A stretch of DNA of 64,000 nucleotides from an uncultured Acidobacteriota bacterium (GTDB taxonomy: Bacteria; Acidobacteriota; Polarisedimenticolia; JACPZX01): positions 50,370 to 114,369 of the forward strand of contig CAYNUH010000003.1 in assembly GCA_964400605.1 (NCBI GenBank), written 5' to 3'. Made by a program: the position numbers and the translations under genes. Shown piece by piece: positions 58,976 to 64,000 of this stretch. Within the stretch, counting starts at the first letter, position 1. Each line of letters opens with the position of its first letter. A model generated the notes under the pieces. It had not been told where the DNA came from and made no database searches. It worked only from the letters and a program-made list of their open reading frames with translations.

Positions 58976-59561
58976 AGGCTCCTTCGCCCGGGCCGGGATC
59001 TCCCTCGCCGAAGACCTCGGCCGTGAACGCCTCCACCTTCGCCCCCGAGCGCCACGCGTCCCGCGGCAGGTCGGCCTTCACGCACGTTTCCTCGAGGAAG
59101 GTCCCGGCGTCCCATCCCTGCTCGAGGGCCACCTGCGGCAGGAGAAGCCCGCGCCGCCAGCCCCGCGAGACCATCAGCCCGTCCCTCCCGACCCGGATCT
59201 CCTCCTCCGACCGGATCGCGCGCGGCGGAGTGAGCACCGAGATCTCGATCCGCGTCTCCTCGAGCTCCTCCGGCTGAAGCGGGGGGAAGCGGGGATCGCT
59301 CGCCGCCGAGATGGCGCACCGGGCGACGCCCTCGGCCAAGGGAGCCACGGGCGCGATGAGGCCGATGCATCCGCGAAGGCGCCCCCTGTGTCTGAGCGTG
59401 ACGAAGACCGCCCGCACGTGCTTCATTTCCGGCGTGGCCGCCTCCACCGTTTCCTTCGCGCCCGGAGCCAGGCGATCCGCGAGCGCCCGTCTCGCGATGG
59501 CCAGGAGTGCGGAGCGCGAAGCGCCGTCGATGGTGCCTTCGTCGTGCGGCCGTCGCGTCAC
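58968..59561 (-). CDS. AMMECR1-domain protein
   Basis: 'LRGCIGLIAP' matches the AMMECR1 signature. GTG start with AAGGGGG RBS. There is an 8-nt convergent overlap with the LysM gene. Confidence 0.8.
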   Translation of the reverse strand: MTRRPHDEGTIDGASRSALLAIARRALADRLAPGAKETVEAATPEMKHVRAVFVTLRHRGRLRGCIGLIAPVAPLAEGVARCAISAASDPRFPPLQPEELEETRIEISVLTPPRAIRSEEEIRVGRDGLMVSRGWRRGLLLPQVALEQGWDAGTFLEETCVKADLPRDAWRSGAKVEAFTAEVFGEGDPGPGEGAST

Positions 59562-59571
59562 ACGAGCCCCC

Positions 59572-59599
59572 TTGACGAGGTGCCATGGAGTGGTAACAT
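59572..59599 (+). promoter_or_regulatory. Putative promoter TTGACG-N16-TAACAT for the Fis-like gene
   Basis: Read directly. Located in the divergent AMMECR1 / fis-like intergenic region. Confidence 0.35.
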
Positions 59600-59731
59600 C
59601 GGCACTCTCCAGGGTACGACCGGGCCGTTCATCACTACGTTTCGCGAGCGTTCCGTTCGGCAGATCGGGCAGCGGCCGGGATCCGCGGCCTCGCGGCGGA
59701 TGCCGGCGCCTCTCCCCCGGGGGAAGCGGCA

Positions 59732-59938
59732 GTGAGCACTCATCTCGACGCCGTCATCACGGATTTCGTCCGCAGCAGGAAGACTCTCGAGGAAGCCGTC
59801 CGGGAGTTCGAGGGCAGGTACATCAGCCTGGCCCTCGAGGAGACGCGGGGGAACCGCTCCCTTGCGGCGCGCAGGCTTGGCATTCACCGCAACACGCTGA
59901 TCAACAAGATCAACCGCCTCGCCGTCCGCTCGCGGTAG
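59732..59938 (+). CDS. Fis-family small DNA-binding protein (HTH_8)
   Basis: 'GNRSLAARRLGIHRNTLINKINRL' matches the Fis/NtrC-type HTH. GTG start with GGGGGAAG RBS. Confidence 0.6.
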   Translation: MSTHLDAVITDFVRSRKTLEEAVREFEGRYISLALEETRGNRSLAARRLGIHRNTLINKINRLAVRSR

Positions 59939-59949
59939 GCGCCTCTCCG

Positions 59950-61215
59950 TCAGGCCGGCGAATCCTTTCTTCGAAGGGCCAGCAGATCGAGCGCCAGCCC
60001 CGCCTGCTGCAGCAGATTCAACAGCTCGTCCACCTCGCGGGGGCGGATCTCCTCGTCGATGTGGTCGCCGTAGAACACCAGCGCGATCCGATCGCTGAGC
60101 CGGATGGGGGCGAGGAGGGTATTCGGCGGAAGCCCGCTCCCCATCTTCTCGTAGAAGGAAACCTCCCCGGCGCCGCCGAGGGGCGGACCGAGGTAGTAGC
60201 TGCGACCTTCCGCGAAGAGGGCGTCGATGGCGGGGGGGGGCAGAGGAAGCGTCAGCCCCTCGATGGACCACGACGGTGACGAGGCGGCGAGCCCCGCCAC
60301 CGAGACGAACGCCTCACCCGAGCGGGCGAAGACGGCGCACCGCCTCAGTGTGCCGGCCGCCTCCTCGATCAGGGCCGAGCATACTTCCTCCAGCGTGCCG
60401 GCCTTGAGAAGCCTGTCCAGGCCCGCCTCGCTCCGCTCCGCCTCGGCGCCTTCATCAACCGGCTCGGGAACCAGCTCCACCGCGCGCGGAACGGCCGGGG
60501 GGGAAGCGGCGCGCTCCGTCTGACGAGGGCTCCACTCGGTCGCCCGCGTGGCCCGGTACGCTCCGGCTTCATCCTCCGCGCCGTAGTCTCCGTCGCCGTC
60601 CCCTCCCGCAGCCGCAGCCGCCGGAGGGGTCTTCTCCCTCGGCCGCGCCGAAGGCTCAGGCTCCAGGATGGATGCGGAGGGACGAGACTTGTCGGCGGCC
60701 ACCGGCCGAGAGGCGGACTGGGCGCCCGTGCGGTCGCGGCCGCGCAGACCCATCTCCCGGCTCAGGGTGATGTAGCGTTTCGCGCGCGGGATGCTGTAGT
60801 ACTTCTCCAGGATCTGGAAGAGACGGATCTCCGGCGTGACGTAGGGGACGAGCTGGAACCCGGTCGCGAACGACACCTCGTCCAGGGCCATCAGGTCCTG
60901 GGGCGTCAGCATGACGAGATGGAGCTTCTTCCCGTCGAAGCGAAACGGGACGATCTTGTATTTCTCGACGAGACCGCGTGGGACGGAGGCGAGAACCGAG
61001 GAGGGAATCTCCTGGAGCATGTCGTACGGGGCGTACTTCACCGAGTGGGCCTCGGCCAGGATCTCCCCCAGCTCGTCCTCCGTGACGTAGCCGAGCTCGA
61101 TGAGGTTGGTGCCGAGGTGGCCCCCCCAGATCATCTGGGCCTGGAGCGCCTTCTGGAGCTGCTCGTTCGAGAGCTTCCCCTTGGCGACCAGCAGTTCGCC
61201 CAACCGCCTGGCCAT
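59950..61215 (-). CDS. T2SSE_N/MshEN-domain protein (candidate c-di-GMP receptor) with uncharacterised C-terminal domain
   Basis: The N-terminus 'RRLGELLVAKGKLSNEQLQKALQAQ' matches the MshEN c-di-GMP-binding motif RLGxxLVxxGxLxxxQLxxAL. It is followed by a GspE_N-like fold ('LVEKYKIVPFRFDGKKLHLVMLTPQDLMALDEV') and an acidic linker. Confidence 0.68.
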   Translation of the reverse strand: MARRLGELLVAKGKLSNEQLQKALQAQMIWGGHLGTNLIELGYVTEDELGEILAEAHSVKYAPYDMLQEIPSSVLASVPRGLVEKYKIVPFRFDGKKLHLVMLTPQDLMALDEVSFATGFQLVPYVTPEIRLFQILEKYYSIPRAKRYITLSREMGLRGRDRTGAQSASRPVAADKSRPSASILEPEPSARPREKTPPAAAAAGGDGDGDYGAEDEAGAYRATRATEWSPRQTERAASPPAVPRAVELVPEPVDEGAEAERSEAGLDRLLKAGTLEEVCSALIEEAAGTLRRCAVFARSGEAFVSVAGLAASSPSWSIEGLTLPLPPPAIDALFAEGRSYYLGPPLGGAGEVSFYEKMGSGLPPNTLLAPIRLSDRIALVFYGDHIDEEIRPREVDELLNLLQQAGLALDLLALRRKDSPA

Positions 61216-61227
61216 CAGGCCTCCGCT

Positions 61228-63462
61228 TCAGTGCCGGCGCCGCCTCGGGCCGCGGTCGCCGCCCCGGTCTCCTCCGCGATCACCGCCGCCGCCCCGCTGC
61301 TGCCCCTGGCCGCCCCGATCGCCTGCGCCCAGCGGCTCCCTGCCGGGAGTCTCCCCGTGGCTCGCGCGCGCGGCGGCGACCTCCTGCTCGGAGAGGAGGG
61401 CCCGGCGGCTCAACCGGATCTTGTTCTGGCCGTCGATGTCCACGACCTTCACCGTGATCTCCTGCCCCTCGGAGATCTCGTCGGTGACCTCGCGCACGTG
61501 ATACGGGGCGATCTCGGAGACGTGCAGGAGCCCCTCGAGGCCCGGCAGGATCTCCACAAACGCGCCGAAGGCGACGATCCGTTTGACCTTGCCGAGGTAG
61601 GTTTTCCCAACCTCCGCCTCTGCGGTGAGCTCGGCGATGATCTCCATCGCCAGCCTGGCGGAGGCCTCGTCCACCGAGGCGATCTCCACCTTCCCATCGT
61701 CGTCGATCTCGATCTTCGCGCCGGTCCTCTCCTGGATCGAGCGGATCATCTTGCCTCCGGGTCCGATGACCTCGCGAATCTTGTCCTTGGGGATCCGCAT
61801 GGTGAGCATCCGCGGCGCGAAGACGGAGATGTGGTCCCGAGCGGCAGCGATGGTCTGGGCCATCTTGTCGAGGATGAAGAGCCTTCCCTCCCGCGCCTGC
61901 GCCAGGGCTTTCTCCATGATCGCGATGGGGATGCCGCCGATCTTGATGTCCATCTGGACGGCGGTGATGCCGTTGCGCGTCCCCGCGATCTTGAAGTCCA
62001 TGTCGCCGTAATGGTCCTCGACGCCCGCGATGTCGGAGAGGATCGCGAAATCGTCCCCCTCCTTGAAAAGGCCCATGGCGATCCCGGCGATGGGCGCGCG
62101 CATCGGCACGCCCGCGTCCATCAGCGCGAGGGCGCCCCCGCAGATGGAGGCCATCGAGGAGGAGCCGTTGGACTCCAGGATGTCCGAGACGAGGCGGATG
62201 GTGTAAGGGAAATGGTCCGCATCGGGGACGGTGGACCTGAGGGCCCTCTCCGCCAGGGCGCCGTGGCCGATCTCGCGCCGCCCGGGACCACGGAGGAACT
62301 TCACCTCCCCCACGGAGAAGGGTGGGAAGTTGTAGTGAAGCATGAACCGACGCTTGGACTCACCCTCGAGCCAGTCGATCCTCTGGGCATCGGCGGAAGT
62401 CCCCAGGGTCACGGTGACCAGAGCCTGCGTCTCCCCTCGCGTGAAGACGGCCGAGCCGTGGGTGCGCGGCAGGACGCCCACCTCGCAGTGAATCGGTCGG
62501 ATCTCGGCGAAGCCGCGGCCGTCCACGCGGCGGCGCTTCTGCAGCAGCTCCCGCCTGCAGATCTTCTGCAGCACGTCCTCGTAGATGCGCTTCACCAGCG
62601 TGCGTTGCGGGATGTCGCCGGCCGGAATGTCCTCCTGCAGGATCTGAAGGACCCGGCCCATGGCCTTGTAGCTCTCGATCTTGCCCTTGATCGACAGCGC
62701 CTCCAGGAGTGGGCCCGTGATGCCGGACTCGATCCTGGCGTGCAGATCCGCGGGAAACTCCCTGGTTCTGATGGGCCGCTTTTCCCTGCCCAACTCCCGC
62801 GCCATGTCCTCCTGCATCTCGACGATGCGGGCGATTTCGCGATGTCCGAAGGCGAGGGCCCGGACGAGCTCGTCCTCGGTGACCTCACTGGCACCGGCCT
62901 CGACCATGACCACGTCGGTCTTGGTTCCGGCGATGGCCAGGTCCAGGCGGCTGGACGGCATTTCCTTGTCGCCAAGGTTCAGGATCATCTCGCCGTTGAT
63001 CATTCCGACGCGCACGGCGGCGATGGGCGTGGTGAAGGGTATATCGGAGAGGAAGAGCGCAGCCGATCCGCCGGTGACGGCGAGGATATCCGGGTCGTTC
63101 TCCTGGTCGTAGGAGAGCACGAGCGCCACGACTTGCGTCTCGCAGTCCCAGCCGACCGGGAAGAGCGGTCTGAGGGGGCGGTCGATCAGGCGCGAGGTGA
63201 GCGTCTCCTTCTCGTTGGGGCGACCCTCCCGCTTGAAGAACCCGCCCGGGATCTTCCCCGCCGCGTAAGTGTTCTCGCGGTAGTCCACGGTGAGGGGGAC
63301 GAAATCGATGTTCTCCTTGGGCTTCCGATCGGCGCACGCCGTGACGAGCACGACCGTGTCGCCGTAGCGGACCGTGACGGAGCCGTCCGCCTGGCGGGCC
63401 ACTTTCCCGCTCTCGATGGTGAGCTCGCGCCCCCCGATGTTCATGCTTCTTCTGATGATCAC
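61228..63462 (-). CDS. pnp: Polyribonucleotide nucleotidyltransferase (PNPase) with C-terminal Arg/Gly-rich (DRGG) tail
   Basis: Two RNase PH domains, KH, and S1 ('GKVKRIVAFGAFVEILPGLEGLLHVSEI'). Tail 'GGQGQQRGGGGDRGGDRGGDRGPRRRRH'. GTG start with GGAGG RBS. Confidence 0.95.
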   Translation of the reverse strand: MIIRRSMNIGGRELTIESGKVARQADGSVTVRYGDTVVLVTACADRKPKENIDFVPLTVDYRENTYAAGKIPGGFFKREGRPNEKETLTSRLIDRPLRPLFPVGWDCETQVVALVLSYDQENDPDILAVTGGSAALFLSDIPFTTPIAAVRVGMINGEMILNLGDKEMPSSRLDLAIAGTKTDVVMVEAGASEVTEDELVRALAFGHREIARIVEMQEDMARELGREKRPIRTREFPADLHARIESGITGPLLEALSIKGKIESYKAMGRVLQILQEDIPAGDIPQRTLVKRIYEDVLQKICRRELLQKRRRVDGRGFAEIRPIHCEVGVLPRTHGSAVFTRGETQALVTVTLGTSADAQRIDWLEGESKRRFMLHYNFPPFSVGEVKFLRGPGRREIGHGALAERALRSTVPDADHFPYTIRLVSDILESNGSSSMASICGGALALMDAGVPMRAPIAGIAMGLFKEGDDFAILSDIAGVEDHYGDMDFKIAGTRNGITAVQMDIKIGGIPIAIMEKALAQAREGRLFILDKMAQTIAAARDHISVFAPRMLTMRIPKDKIREVIGPGGKMIRSIQERTGAKIEIDDDGKVEIASVDEASARLAMEIIAELTAEAEVGKTYLGKVKRIVAFGAFVEILPGLEGLLHVSEIAPYHVREVTDEISEGQEITVKVVDIDGQNKIRLSRRALLSEQEVAAARASHGETPGREPLGAGDRGGQGQQRGGGGDRGGDRGGDRGPRRRRH

Positions 63463-63681
63463 GAGTACCTCCAGTCTTCAGCGATGGTGCTGCGGACGGA
63501 TCCCGTGAGGAGAAGCCCGGAGGCGTCCCGGCACACGATCCCTTCCAACATGCGTGCCGCGGGGAGGGGGAGCAAAGCTAAGGGTGGGAAAAACAAGGCC
63601 TGATAGAGGGTTGGTGATAGTTGATGAGTATAACCCTTAGTTTCGGCCTACTCCCCGCGATTCGAGCGTGACCCGTCCTGT
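63463..63681 (-). promoter_or_regulatory. Structured, locally AT-rich rpsO-pnp intergenic leader (terminator/attenuator and candidate RNase III-type hairpin)
   Basis: 8-bp long-range IR CUAAGGGU...ACCCUUAG enclosing AAGGGUU...AACCCU and followed by a U-run ('CCUUGUUUUUCC'). A second imperfect hairpin GGCACGCAU-n-AUCGUGUGCC lies nearer the pnp start. Confidence 0.4.
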
Positions 63682-63951
63682 TTACTTGCGAATGCCGAGG
63701 CGCTCGATCACGCTCTGATAGCGCGCGACCTCATTGCGCTTGAGGTAATCCAACAGCCTGCGGCGCTTGCCGACCAGCATCAGCAGACCACGCCGGGAAT
63801 GATGGTCCTTCGCGTGGGTCTTGAAGTGTTCGGTCAGTCCCTCGATACGGCGGCTGAGGAGCGCGATCTGGACCTCGGGGGAACCCGTGTCGTTCTCGTG
63901 GGCACGATGCTCCGAGATGATGGTGGTCTTCCGCTCCTTGGACAGCGACAA
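63682..63951 (-). CDS. rpsO: 30S ribosomal protein S15
   Basis: TTG start gives '[71 protein letters not shown]' (89 aa, classic S15) with AAGGAAGGAGGAG upstream. The track ORF is over-extended. Confidence 0.9.
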   Translation of the reverse strand: MSLSKERKTTIISEHRAHENDTGSPEVQIALLSRRIEGLTEHFKTHAKDHHSRRGLLMLVGKRRRLLDYLKRNEVARYQSVIERLGIRK

Positions 63952-64000
63952 CCTCGACTCCTCCTTCCTTGATCGGAGATTCGGTTCAGGGATATGCAAC

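Noticed and set aside
60919-63603. 894-aa plus-strand ORF
   Set aside because: Antisense to pnp.

Overview
This 64 kb window is a high-GC (about 68-70%) chromosomal segment of a Gram-negative bacterium, probably Acidobacteriota/Gemmatimonadota-like or a similar high-GC diderm. No rRNA, tRNA, CRISPR array, transposase or integrase is detectable. The ORF track reports GTG/TTG starts as M, and several track ORFs carry long spurious N-terminal extensions; starts were re-picked from RBS and homology and may be off by a few nucleotides.

Most of the window is core envelope and housekeeping genes. Plus strand: lpxC, then DUF4390-ntrY-ntrX-PHP; tsaB-rimI; psd-pssA; lolE/C-lolD; clpC; bamA-skp-lpxD-fabZ-lpxA followed by a GnnA-like oxidoreductase; a serine hydrolase and tonB; rsmD. 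Minus strand: a CNNM/CorC protein, an EamA transporter, a GAF protein and a TPR protein; nadA-nrtR; rpsO-pnp.

Accessory-looking content:
- a redox-type ECF sigma / zinc-finger (ZAS) anti-sigma pair immediately upstream of prkA-yeaH-spoVR, followed by a plant-type glutamate-cysteine ligase and a CDF transporter, with a methyltransferase inserted on the opposite strand;
- a translationally coupled giant-TPR trio after ntrYX-PHP;
- a 1358-aa secreted beta-helix / thrombospondin-type-3-repeat protein;
- c-di-GMP proteins: a GGDEF-PilZ fusion whose RBS and start lie inside a perfect 10-bp palindrome, and an MshEN/GspE_N-domain protein;
- nadA lacking any canonical start codon, with an ACG at the SD-optimal position;
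- two degenerate gene remnants: a frameshifted DUF5916/CBM9-like fragment and a stand-alone aspartate-semialdehyde-dehydrogenase N-domain.
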